Shown here: in pieces, positions 1 to 12,200 of the stretch | Numbering within the stretch: position 1 is the stretch's first letter | Layout of the letters: the number at the start of each line of letters is the position of its first letter | Assembly (NCBI GenBank): GCA_951406725.2 | Contig: OX597830.1 | Coordinates: 3,720,001-3,784,000, forward strand | Length of the DNA stretch: 64,000 bases | Reading direction: 5' to 3' | Origin: Octopus vulgaris | Taxonomy: Eukaryota | Notes under the pieces: model-generated | The model's database searches: none | What the model was told of the DNA's origin: nothing | Seen by the model: the letters and a program-made list of their open reading frames with translations, nothing else | Translations under genes and position numbers: made by a program

Positions 1-273
1 GTGTATTTATATTTGTGTGTGTTTGTCCCCCACCCCCACTACTGCTTGACAACTGGTGTCGGTGTGCCTGTGACTTAGCTATTTGGCAAAAACAGACTGA
101 TAGAATAAGTATCAGGTTTAAAAATGAACAATTGGTTTTATGGGGTTTTATGAGGGCCAGTCAAGCAGTACTGGCATCGACCACACTCAAATAGTGCTTT
201 TTACATGCCACCAGCACTGGACCAGTCAGGCAGTACTGTCATCGGCCACAACAACGACTTTATATATATATAT

Positions 274-610
274 AAATTTAAAGAAGGCAGAAAATGGAGA
301 AATATCGATGAACAACAATTGACTTACATCAATTATTATTTATTAATTCAGTACAAGATGCAGTCTATTTATTTTGAATTAATAAGTAATAATTGACGTA
401 AGTCAATTGCTGTTCATCGATATTTCTCCATTTTCTGTCTTCTTTAAATTTTGATTCTTGATAAACTCATGTTTATTCTTGGCTTTACCTATAATTCATG
501 AGCATAATATGTTTGCATATATATGTCCATGGTTAAACATAGGTAATATACCAGTCGTATAATGGATACTTCTATCCCTTAGACGGTTATTTTAACCTCT
601 AAGTCAGCTA

Positions 611-615
<5 letters not shown>
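274..615. repeat. Asymmetric inverted-repeat element between (TA)n tracts (Penelope-like terminal structure)
   Basis: Arm 274-350 is the reverse complement of 375-451 with few mismatches and a 24 nt spacer. The right arm continues ~165 bp to the next (TA)n tract. Confidence 0.7.
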
Positions 616-650
<35 letters not shown>

Positions 651-652
<2 letters not shown>

Positions 653-1933
653 CGAGGGACGTTCAATAAGTAATGCCTCTGACCCACCTGCAGTTGTTTG
701 ATCTAGCTGAAATTATGCATGTGCAATTATTCATATCTCTATAGATTGAGTGGAAAATTACAGCTCTGAACTAATTGTAGTTTCTGATTTACAGGTGTTT
801 GAACTGAGTCAAGTGTGAAATGGAGCCTGTTCAGTGTCGAGCAGTGATCCGGTTTTTGTATTTGAAAGGACGCACACCACGGGAGACTTTTGATGAAATG
901 AAAGTAACTTATGGTGATGATGCCCCATCATATGACCTTGTAAAACGCTGGCATCGTGAATTCAAACATGGTCGGAACTCTGTGGAAACAGCTCCCAGAT
1001 CTGGTTGCCCCCTTCTGCTATTGATGAGGCATCTGTCCGTCAAGTTGAGGCTGCCATTTTGGAAGATCGACGCATAACTATTCGCCAAATAGCCCATGAG
1101 ATCAAGATTAGTACCGGGTCTGTGGAAACTATCATTCATGACCATTTGCATATGCAAAAAGGGTCTGCTAGATGGATTCCCAGGTTGCTCACACCTTTCC
1201 AGAAGCAAGAACGCGTTGAGTGCTCGAGGAGGAATTTGGAGATGTGCCAAGAAGATGAGTCAAAATTTTTCAAAAGACTGATTACACAGGATGAAACTTG
1301 GGTCCATCACTATGATCTAGAGACCAAAGCCCAGTCAATGCAGTGGAAGCACCATGACTCACCTCCTCTAAAGAAGGCAAAGGTGCAGCCCTCCGCTGGC
1401 AAGGTCATGCTCACAGTCTTCTGGGATCAGGACGGAGTAGTGATGACAGATTTCCTGGCAAAGGGTACCACAATTACAGGAGCCTATTATGCTTCACCTT
1501 TGAGGAAATTAAGAGAAGCTATCAAAATCAAGAGGCGGGGCAAGATCAGCAAAGCCATCGACAACGCTCCAGTCCACAACTCGCGTGTCGCCAGATCAGA
1601 AGCACAGGTGTGCGGCTATGACCCCCTCCCCCATCCCCCTACTCTCCTGACCTTGCACCCTCTGATTTTCTCCTCTTTCCAGCCATGAAGTTGTTTTTGA
1701 AAGGAAAGCATTTCCCAGATGATGCAGCCTTGATTTCTGAAGTCACGTCGTGGTTGGAGGACCAAGCTGGGGTCTTCTACAAAAACGGTCTCCAGAGCTG
1801 CATCAAATGATGGGAGAAATGCGTACCTCTTGGTGGTTCCTATGTAGAAAAAGACTAATAACTGTGCCAAGTTTCGTTGCTCTACTGCTATGGGAAGTGG
1901 GTCAGGGGCATTACTTATTGAACACCCCTCGTA
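651..1933 (+). mobile_element. Mariner (Tc1/mariner, DD34D-type) DNA transposon, full-length, defective; copy 1
   Basis: Left end TACGAGGGACGTTCAATAAGTAATGCCTCTGACCCAC and right end GTGGGTCAGGGGCATTACTTATTGAACACCCCTCGTA form ~35 bp TIRs with TA at both ends, inside a (TA)n tract. Length is ~1.28 kb and it encloses a transposase. Confidence 0.96.
820..1858 (+). pseudogene. Mariner transposase pseudogene (frameshifted)
   Basis: ORFs 820-1077 (N-terminal HTH) and 1005-1688 carry WIPRLL (WVPHEL motif), QDETWVHHYD and DNAPVH. YSPDLAPSDF appears in a shifted frame near 1640-1670. Frameshifts lie in C-runs near 1010 and 1635, and there is a 12 bp deletion near 1558 relative to copy 2. Confidence 0.93.
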
Positions 1934-1940
1934 TATATAT

Positions 1941-2147
1941 GACTGGCCTTCATGCCAGTGGCATGTAAAAAGCAACCACTACACTCTCAGAGTGGTTGGC
2001 ATTATGAAGGGCATCCAGCTGTAGAAACTCTGCCAGATCAAGATTGGAGCCTGGTGCAGCCATCTGGTTTGCCAGTCTTCAGTCAAATCGTCCAACTCAT
2101 GCTAGCATGGAAAGCGGACATTAAACGATGACAATGATGATGATGAT
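1941..2147 (+). mobile_element. 5'-truncated RTE LINE 3' end with (GAT)n tail
   Basis: Matches the 3' UTR of the RTE at 41985-42183 (GGGCATCCAGCTGTAGAAA...CATGCTAGCATGGAAAGCGGACATTAAACGATGATG). Related copies at ~9200-9394(+), 18762-19137(+), 24032-24150(-), 52119-52281(-), 55700-55950(-), 56395-56890(+) and 58177-58360(-). Confidence 0.9.
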
Positions 2148-2159
2148 TGTGTGTGTGTG

Positions 2160-2360
2160 TATTCGCCATGCTAGACTGCTGAGATCTACAAGTCTTTTTC
2201 ATTTCTCTCTGTTTATTTTCTCTTATTCCTTTCTGTTGAAGAATGTAGGCCCGAAACATGAAAGACTTTTTCATTTTTCCCGAGCATCAAACTCATACAC
2301 CTGCTTGTTGTTCATACACCTGTCTTCGTCTTTTGTTTTTCTATAAATTTCAACTATCTC
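2160..2360 (+). mobile_element. Short hammerhead-motif element, family A (Penelope pLTR/retrozyme-like), copy 1
   Basis: Homologous to 47417-47615(+) and 11848-11974(-). All three abut (TA)n at their 3' end. Contains CTTT-CTGTTGA-A-stem-GAAAC-ATG-AAAG at 2229-2264. Confidence 0.7.
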
Positions 2361-2362
2361 AG

Positions 2363-2390
<28 letters not shown>

Positions 2391-2395
<5 letters not shown>

Positions 2396-2715
2396 TAGAA
2401 AAAACCCACTTTTTATCAATTCAAACTGAACAAATGAATTACACCATCTAGAAAATTACATAAAATAGAAATATTAAAATTAAAATAACAATAATAAACC
2501 GATGATTAAGTAAATTGCAAAACAATAATAAAAACATATATATATAATAGCGTATATACCAAATATATACGTTTTTATCATTATTTTGCAATTTACTTAA
2601 TCATCAGTTTATTATTGTTATTTTAATTTTAATATGTCTATTTTATGTAATTTTCTAGATGGTGTAATTCATTTGTTCAGTTTGAATTGATAAAAGGTGT
2701 TTTTTTCTAATTTTT
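2391..2715. repeat. Long AT-rich inverted repeat (~150 bp arms) within TA tracts
   Basis: 2391-~2540 is the reverse complement of ~2566-2715 (e.g. TCAATTCAAACTGAACAAATGAATTACACCATCTAGAAAATTAC / GTAATTTTCTAGATGGTGTAATTCATTTGTTCAGTTTGAATTGA). Confidence 0.9.
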
Positions 2716-4624
2716 ATATATATATATTATATTTTGGGAAATTTGATTTAGTATTTCTAAATTGAATTTTTCCCTGTAAGGTAGGAATAATATTCCCTCA
2801 AATAATTATTATATATATCATACAATACAAAGATAACATGTTTGGCCATTGATATAGTCATAAATAATCTTAATTATTTATGATATGTCTTCCGTAATGC
2901 GTTATTACATTACGTTCTAATTATTTAAATTTTCCTAACTCATATCCGGTGATTTTGCCGTGGCTCAAATTTACTGGTCTTTTCACATAGACCCTGTGCA
3001 TGACATTTGAATTCAAAACTTGAATGTGTAGATAGAGGTTGTAATGTTTCTCTTGCTGGTCGGGATTCACGCTAGCCCCAAGATAAAGTCTTGTTTTGAT
3101 TTCTATCTATAGGAATATTTCCCTTGATAAGATAAATGGGTCCCTTAAGAGGTCCCTCATGTTGAAATTGCAATTGGGAATTAACCAGTTATTTTCATGT
3201 AGTAGATTCTATTTGTCACATCGCTCAAAGACAGTTTATATTGTGAAGAGAAATAATATGAGTGATATAATGGCTTTATAGTGGTTTTGGCTGCTATTTT
3301 TAACATGTAAGCGTCTTTTAAACATCTTAGTTATAATTGTGACTTGTTCATAATTATAAACGTTTTTCTTCTTTGTATTTTATGATAATCTTAATTATTT
3401 ATAATATACCCTCCAAAATGTTTTATTACATTATTTTCTAATTACACATATATATATATATATATATATATGACAGGCTTCATTCAGTTTCTGTCAACTA
3501 AATCCACTCACAAGGCTTTTGTTGGCCCAGAAAGACACTTGCCCAAAGTGCATACACAGTGGGACTGAACCCAGAACCATGTGGTTTGGAAGCAAACTTC
3601 TTACCACACAGCCATGCAAGCATCTGTTTTTGTTTTTGTTTTGTTTAGGGTTTTTCTTTCTTTTTTTTTTTTCCAGTTTGATTTCTTAGAGATTTTTCCC
3701 ACATGCAGTTTCAAATTTTAATGCATCTGAAATTTCACTGGTGATTAAGATTTTCTTCACCAACCCTTAATTCTCAGTTTAATGGAATGTGTTGTCTTTT
3801 AATCTGTTACAATAATGTTGATGCTCTTTTTCTTGTCTGATATCATTGGTAGTTGATTTCTTTCTGTTTTTTTTTTCTTCTTCTCTGCAATTAATTGTTT
3901 CATTGTATATATTTTTATTACTATTACTGTGAAACATTGTTTAAAAGCTAATTAAAACCTCACATTTTCACATTTAATCTTCTTTATTTTAGCTGTTATT
4001 CTTCTGCCAGGTCATAGATCAAATACCATTTTCCCCTCTGCTTCTCTTAAAAACAGATGTTTTATTCACGCAGCATACAACACCATTTTTAATACTTTCA
4101 AACTCATGAACATTATTTTAACAGTGGTTGCCGTATATAATTTGCCCTTGTTTACTGAATAAAATACAAGTTCAGATTTTGAACATTATTTTTTTTTTTT
4201 AAAGAATGTTGAATAATTCCCTCTGAACTAAGCCCCTTTGTCTCCTCCGCCTCTGGTTATTTTTAATTAATCAGTTTTTTAACTGCCAAAGATGTTCCTG
4301 TAATTAATAAAATGTAATTCATAAAAATTTAGCTTTTTCCCTTGTTTAACTAATGTGCTTTTGTGAGAGAAATGAAAACTTTCCATAATTGAACATTTGG
4401 ATAAACTTAAGAAATGTTTAGAATCTGAGGGGAGCTTGAGAGAAATTGCTCTTTGAAGTGGAGGAGAGCTAAAACCCGTCTTCCCTTAGCAAAACCCTTC
4501 CCATTGTTATTAGTTGTTTGGTTCCAGGTAAAACCTGATTGAGCTGACCTTTTAAGGGAAAGCATTGCCGGTTTGACCATTCCATGTTATTTTTCTTTCT
4601 TTTTTTTTATAAGTGCAAATATAC

Positions 4625-5016
4625 CTCTGTGGTTCAGAAATTTGCTTACCAGACATGTGGTTTCAAGTTCAGTCCTACTGCATGGCATCTTGGGCAAGTG
4701 TCTTCTACTTTAGCCCTGGGCTGACCAGTCTTATACATGGATTTGGTAGACAGAAACTGAAAGAAACCCATCATATATATATATATATGTGTGTACATAC
4801 CTGATAATTGTAAGCAAGTGTCACTATCATGTAAGCATTGTTTATAATTTTCCATGTGAACATGTCCAGTCATGGGAAACAACTGAGGGACGGTGACAAG
4901 AATGGAATCAGGCAGAAAAAATTCTGCCTCAATGAATTCCATCTGATCCATGCAAGCCTACAAAAGTGGACGTTAAAACACTAATGACAATGACGATGAT
5001 GATGTTGAAGATGATG
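4625..5016 (+). mobile_element. SINE with family-1 head but RTE-type 3' tail (family 1b)
   Basis: The head matches family 1 up to the internal TA tract. The 3' half differs and ends GTGGACGTTAAAAC...(GAT)n like the RTE tail. A second, headless copy lies at ~60750-61040. Confidence 0.65.
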
Positions 5017-5642
5017 AATTACATTAGCTAATGTTCTCTTCCTTTTGGAAGATGGTAAGCTTTGATTTGAGGACAGCTTGGCTACTTTTTCTGGCAACAG
5101 TATAACCGCATAAACTGTTTCATTATATTAATTGAAAGCAAGATTTTACTGTTTATCCCAAGATAACTTCTCCATCGAATAGAGATTATTTATGGTAATT
5201 ACTTAACGATAATTATATAATGAAAATTATGCAAACTTTGAAACAAGTAAGTTCCAAACCAAAACAATTGAAAATTCTGCTGCCAATAACAAAAAAAAAA
5301 CCTGTTTTTCCTTTCTATATGATTGGAATTTTAAAAGATAATAATACAAATATACGTTAGTAAGTAATAACTTTAGTGTGTTGTCTTTAGATATTGCTGT
5401 GAAACTTGCTTCGTTGTATTGTTTTTCTTTTTCTTTAATATCATTTTCGAAATCAGTTATGTCCCTTGTTTTTCCTCTTCAGCTTCCATTTCCATATTAA
5501 TAATCTGTGCACGCAGCTGTTTTCCTTATGGCAGACATTGATTGCTAAAATCTTAGCTGTAAACTTTCTTTCTTATACATTTATTTTTATTGTATTTAAC
5601 TTCTTTTTTTTTGTGCCATATTACTTTCTTCATTGTTCAGCA

Positions 5643-5661
5643 AATAATAATAATAATAATA

Positions 5662-5696
<35 letters not shown>

Positions 5697-5784
5697 AATA
5701 ATAATAATAATGGTGATGATGATGATAATGATGATAATAATAATAATAATAATAATAATGATGATGATGATAATGATAATAATA

Positions 5785-5838
<54 letters not shown>

Positions 5839-5853
5839 TTGATGATGATGATA
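5643..5853. repeat. Compound (AAT)n/(GAT)n microsatellite
   Basis: Read directly from the sequence. Confidence 0.97.
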
Positions 5854-6387
5854 ATCCTCAGATGTCCTTCTCTGAGTTATTAGAAACATAACCTATAAAA
5901 GAGGAATTCTTGTTTTTGCTGTATTCTTAGATTTTGATATTTCAAAGTTCTCTGATTAACATTACACACTTGTTATCTTGTCATCTCTCATTGCCTTGAT
6001 TCTTTTACACCAAAGTACATTTAATTAAAATTTTAAAACATTTAGTGGTAACTCAGACAATTCTTCAACTCAGCATCAAGTTCATGGACATTACCATTTA
6101 AAGAAACACCATTCAAAGTTGAAGATTATTGTTTGTTGCTGGTTTGAATGAAACAAGACTGATTCTTTCAGTTATAGTTTTGTTTGATATAACCAACATA
6201 CTTTGAAGTACATTTGTAAGCATCTGTGTGTACGTGTGTTTGTGTGCATGTATCTGTATTCGTGTCCCCTTTTCTCAGCTAATCAGTGGAAAAGGAACTG
6301 TGCCCTTGACATTTATAGTTTTTCTTTAATTGATGAAATTGATTTAATGGATCAGAGACAAGCCTGAACATCTGAAGATCAATGTCA

Positions 6388-6448
<61 letters not shown>

Positions 6449-6505
6449 ACATAAGGGTGTGGTCTGAATACTTATGACAAAGCAATATATGCTAAGGTTG
6501 TGGTG

Positions 6506-6709
6506 TTAACATTCTAAACTTAAACCAGCCATATCAGGCCTGAATATTCTGTTTTATATTCAAACTGACAAGATCCAACTTCTCACACCTACCCTACAAT
6601 ATCATACTATTGAAATCTCAAGGCTATAAGATAATGCATGGTTAATTCAAAATGATATGAATAACTCAGTGTTGCATTTGGCAGGGTAGTCTGAATACTA
6701 AGGATTTAA
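6506..6709. mobile_element. piggyBac-type MITE, degenerate
   Basis: TTAA at both ends; homologous to 25242-25436. Confidence 0.55.
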
Positions 6710-9700
6710 GGCCTGTCACTCCAGAGTTAGGTTGCCATGTGTGTATATGCCTTTGTTATATAAAGCATCAATAATCCATGGGGACATTGTCAGTGTGTGT
6801 TGCTCATAAGCAGAGATGGTGTAGTGTTATGCAAGCTTGTCCCTCATACATATGTTATATAAATCTCACTGTATCTCTCTTGCTAATTTTACTCTCATGC
6901 ACCGCTTTAATTTAGATCTCTCACCAATACTTTTCATACACATTATTCTATATTTTTCATACTATTCATTACACACTCAGACAAACTCACACACATCAAT
7001 ACATAACCCTGATGTTGTATACACACACACACACACACACAGAAGCCATTTTTGCTTCTGCAAGTTGTCATGTACTTAATTTCAAATGAATTTGGCGCAT
7101 ATTCTAAATGTACAGGTGAAGTGATTTCACACAGAAGATTAAAAAAAGAGACGCGTTTTGATCATTAAACAGAGTTGAACAGTTTCCAAGGAGACCTTTT
7201 TGAGTTTAGATGTTCACTTCTCATACCTCACCTACACATTTTAATTTACTTCAAAAAAAAAAAAGATAATAATAATAATAAATAAATATATTTGTTACTT
7301 TGCTGCTCACAAATGTTTGGAACAATTTTCTCTATGACAAAAATTTTCTCCATGATAAAACACAGCGAATGATTTTCTCATGGGCTCATATATGCTACAA
7401 GCATATTTGAAATGGTAACAAGTTTGCATTTATACACCAACACTGCACAGTGTTAATCCCCATTATAATAATTCTCTTGTTTGATGTATTTCTCTCAAAG
7501 ACAATTCTTTTGCCATCACTGAAAGATCTTTGTTTGCAAAAACATTTTCATCATTTCCTTCACACTTTATCTACCTTTATCGTTTATTCTGCAGCTGTTG
7601 TGCTCAAGCTATTCACCTCAGCGATTAAAGAAAAGTGATATAAAAATACAAACATTTATCTTGTGAATTCCTCCTTCTTTTTACAAATCATTAATTCACT
7701 GAACAAGCAACAATTGTGTTTTCAACATATGCAATACGATTCACAGGTTTTAGTTCATAAAAATTGATACACAACTGGTAGTCATTATTATCTATCCAAG
7801 GAAAAGTGTTATTGAACACACCTCCAATCAACAGCTGTGCAGTCATAATTGATCCACATTTTAAGGGCTTAATTAGACCACATTATGTAACATATCTAAG
7901 CCAACACAGTAAGATGGGATTTAGGGAGATTTTGCTGTCATTTCTTGCAGTTGAGCAAGCATGTTAAGAATCCATAGAATGATCAAACCATTAAGGCCTC
8001 AGAGAAAATATTCTGCAATATTTAATGATGACTGAGGTGGGGAGCTGGCAAAATCCTTAGCATGCTCGTTAAATACTTAGCGGTATTTCTTCCTTCTTTG
8101 CGTTCTGAGTTCAAATTCTGTTGAGGTCGCTTTTGCCTTTCATCCTTTTGGGTTGATGTAATCAACTGACCCACTGTCTCTCAACTTGTGGGACTTGTGT
8201 CAAAATTCGAAATCAATATTCAGTGACGATCTCTTAATCTGTGAGGTATTACAAAAATCTGAAATGATCATAGAAGATAGAGAGAAAAGTTCTCAGATGA
8301 CAGTGAGTCAGGCAAGAATGTAAAGAAGCAGGAAATTATCTGCTTGACCAATACATACACAAGCCACAACTGCTAATATGTATATACTGGGCCAACAGCA
8401 ATCTCTGAATCTAGAAAAGGCCTTCAAATCACTCACAGCTCACCCCCTGCCATCTTAAACATGAAGACCTGGATAATATAATCTAAGATTTACAAAGTCT
8501 GAAAACAAAATAATTTTTTTTAAATGTTTAGCCAGAATGTTTTTAATTATAGTCTACTTAATCAGAGATGATATAAGAAAGTGGGGTATGTGCTAACGAT
8601 CAGCATCAAAAACAAGAAGCAAATCAGTATTTTAAAAAGGAAGAATATTTTCCTCCATATGAATATGTTAAAGACAAAAAAGAAATTGATGGTAAATTAT
8701 GGCTTGCTGGTTTTCCATTAGGAAGGCCTCTTCTGACAGCGAGGAAATCTGCCTGTGAACTTAATGAGAAGCTTAATGGAAAGGCTATTTAAATGGTCTA
8801 TAAAAGACTTATATAAATGGTGAACTTCTTTCTGTGTTCTTACAGTTTATTTTAGCCAATATTGGCCATAAACATATTCATAGTTACTATAGCACAGCCA
8901 AGCCTCAGAAGGCTCACATGACAATACAACACTAACTCGCAATGCTGTTCTTAGTTCTTTACTGGTTTTAGTCATTTGACTGTGGCCATGCTGGGGCATC
9001 ACTTTAAAATTATTTAGTTGATCATAGCAACAACACTACTCATTTCAGTTTGAAATTATTTTTTATATATTTACTATTTTATCTCTTTCACCCTCCTCTC
9101 TCTCTTTCTATCTATCTATCTATCTCTCTATTTCTCTATCTCTTTATCTATCTATCCATCTATCTATCCCTCTATCAATCGTCACTCTCTCTCATTAAAA
9201 GCTCCTGTGCTTGTGTCACATAAAAAAGCATGCAGTACACTCTGTAAAGTGGTTGGCATTAGGAGGGGCATCCAGCAGTAGAAACTTTGCCAAAACAGAC
9301 GACTAGAATCTAGTGTAGCTCTCCAGCTTGCCAGTTCCTTGTCAAACCATCCAACCCATGCCAGCATTGGAAATAGACGTTAAATGATGATGATGTATAT
9401 GAATATATAATGAAATGAAATCTCTAAGTTAGGCTTTTTGAGAAAATGCTGGTTTTACAGAAACTATACATAATAAAAACAGATATGGACATGGAATTGC
9501 ACATACTTGTATATGGACCCCGACACACACAGACACATAATTATGTGTGTGTGTGTGCATGCACATGTGTGTGTGTTTGTATGCAGCCATTCAGACAATG
9601 TGTCTTTATAATGATACATTCTGGAAATGCCAATAAATTTGTTTTATTTTCATTCAGCCTATAAACAAACGTAACACAATATGGGAACATATGAATATGG

Positions 9701-10197
9701 AGGAACATCTGAGAGCAGAGAGAGAGAGGAAGAACACAATAAAGAAAATTCCCTTGCTGACACATTGTCTAATCACACTTGCACACATGCACGCACACAC
9801 ACACACACATGCACACTTTGTAAACATATATGTCTGTATGCATATTTGTATAATATACATGAGAATGAGTTTATATAATATATATATGTGCATGTATGCA
9901 TAAACCATTATTGGAAGTGGAAAACTTCACTCACTCTTCGTCTGAGTTTTGCATTTCTTGTTTTCAGAAGCAGAAGACTCGGTTTAACAATGAGTGAACT
10001 TTTCAGCTTCCTGTTAATATTTTAAGACTTTATGCCTCATACGAATACATTTTTCTTTCATCCTCGTTTGCATAATTTTTTCTTGACAGAACATACACAT
10101 ATGCAGATAGCCATCCAGCCATACAAGCACATGATGTATATATTTATGCATATATATATTGCATTTAATAATATATATATATGTGTCTGTGTATATG

Positions 10198-10292
<95 letters not shown>

Positions 10293-11374
10293 GTATATGT
10301 GCATGTATGTATATATTCAAGTGATGGAGGTAGGGTGTATTCAGTAAGGCTCCAATAATCTGCATCAACCTAATATTGACTTAAATAAGGTTATAAGCTA
10401 AAGCTCCAATAATAGCGGTTAATTTTCAATTACTTTATACTTGAAATAATGGTAATTTTCTTTTCACTTTGTCTATAATTAGAATATTTTCACACCGATT
10501 ATAGCCTCAACGTCTGCCAGGTTTTTCTGTTTTTTTCATCCAAAAGTCTGAGCAGGGTTAAAGAAAATATTGAAGAAAACTAAATAAGAAATCAATCACT
10601 CGAAAATCAGTATCTTTTAGAAGTAAATAAAATCTGAGTGTTACATATCGTGATATCCCAGCTTTCGTGTTGCAAGTTTCTATTTCATTGTACTTGGTCT
10701 TTCTTTGTTTTTTGCATCAAAAACTGCTTCACTATTGCAGTGACTGTATTTTACATATACATATAAGCATGTATGTATATCAAAGTATATACCCCATACA
10801 CAAATATATATCTGTGTGTCTGCCTCTGTGTGCATATATTTAAAGAATTAGACATTCTGTTTGTTGTCAATATTGTTGTTTAACCCTTGGCCTGGTTTTT
10901 CAGTCAGGCATGTCATCAGACTTATGAATGGATACTCATAAATAACCATTCTTTAAATACCATCCTAGAGTGTCTGTGACAACATCCAACTTTTTCTAAG
11001 CTGGGATTGTTTGCATGCTGAATATACACAATGTGATCTGCAGATCAAGAGTTCCATGGGTGTACAGCAGTGGAATAAATATTTTACTTGCAAATAAATG
11101 AGGGTTGGCTTCTGGGAGGGCATCCAACCCTATTGCCTCAAGAAGTTTTGAGAAATTCATGCCAACATGTTGTAAATGGGACTTGTTTAAGCTGTATACC
11201 TTCAGGGCATCAGTCTTTACTTGTTTATGTATAAGGTACCTTACTCAACATTGATCTGGTGAGTTGCAGGAATTTTCCATTTTGTTTGAGATAAAATATG
11301 CCACTGGAACCCAAAAAGTATCAATATTGCGTTACACAGAGATGAACACAAATGGATGTCCGCACATACATACA

Positions 11375-11478
11375 AGCACACATACAAGTATACACACATA
11401 CAAGTATACACACATACAAGTATACACACATACAAGTATACACACATACAAGTATACACACATACAAGTATACACACA
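11375..11478. repeat. 16 bp tandem repeat CATACAAGTATACACA (~6 copies)
   Basis: Read directly from the sequence. Confidence 0.92.
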
Positions 11479-11808
11479 TTGTATGGAAATAAGTGCATGT
11501 ATATGTCATCATTATCATCCTCGTAGTCATCACCATTTCCAATGTTGGCATGAGTAGGATAGTTTGACAGGGAACCGACAAGCTTCAGAGTCATTTTTAA
11601 AATGGTTTCTAGGACTCAGCCTCCATCCTAATGCCAATCACTTTACAATGTCTGGTGGGTGCTTTCCCATGCCACTAGCAAGAATTTTGCTTCCCAACTA
11701 CATGGTTCTAATTTTAGTTATATTGTGTGGTACCTTGGGGCAAGTGTATTCTACTATAGACCCAGATCTTGTAAGTGGAAACTGAAAGAAGACCATCATA
11801 TATATATA

Positions 11809-11847
<39 letters not shown>

Positions 11848-11849
<2 letters not shown>

Positions 11850-11974
11850 TTGAAATTTACAAAAAACACAACAAAAGATGAAGACAGGTGTATAAACAAC
11901 AAACAGAAGTATTATTTTAACGCTCAGGAAGTGAGAAAGTCTTTTACGTTTTGAGCCTACACTCTTCAACAGAA
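11848..11974 (-). mobile_element. Hammerhead-motif element, family A, copy 2 (partial)
   Basis: Minus strand reads TTCTGTTGAAGAGTGTAGGCTCAAAACGTAAAAGAC followed by the same 3' sequence as 2265-2357, and ends at (TA)n. Confidence 0.7.
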
Positions 11975-12200
11975 CTGAAGGGCTTTGAAAAACATATTAA
12001 GAATATTGGGGCTGCTATCAGGGTCAAGGTGATCCAGAAGACAGCATTGTTGTGAACAGCTCGCATTCTAAGGAGAGTATTGTCTCTTTGAGTCACAGGA
12101 GAAGGCACTACTTGAAACCTTTGGTAATTTGTTATTGCCTGCTTTCAAGTAAAGAATAACCGGTAATTAAGAACGATCCAAGAATCTTTCAGAATAATAA
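11975..12200 (+). mobile_element. 3' end of an RLE-type non-LTR retrotransposon (Dong/R4-like)
   Basis: Translates to KGFEKHIKNIGAAIRVKVIQKTALL*TARILRRVLSL* (stop 12089-12091), matching the R4/Dong C-terminal IQKxALLGTARILR motif. A short 3' UTR ends in (TAA)n, the known Dong target. Confidence 0.75.

Noticed and set aside
820-1688. Domesticated SETMAR-like gene
   Set aside because: No SET domain; intact TIRs, a second dispersed copy and multiple frameshifts indicate an ordinary dead transposon.
2495-2610. CTGATGA...AAAACGTA hammerhead-like string in the 2.4 kb hairpin
   Set aside because: Both arms have A instead of the catalytic G12, stems I and II are unconvincing, and it reads inward, unlike the other hammerheads.
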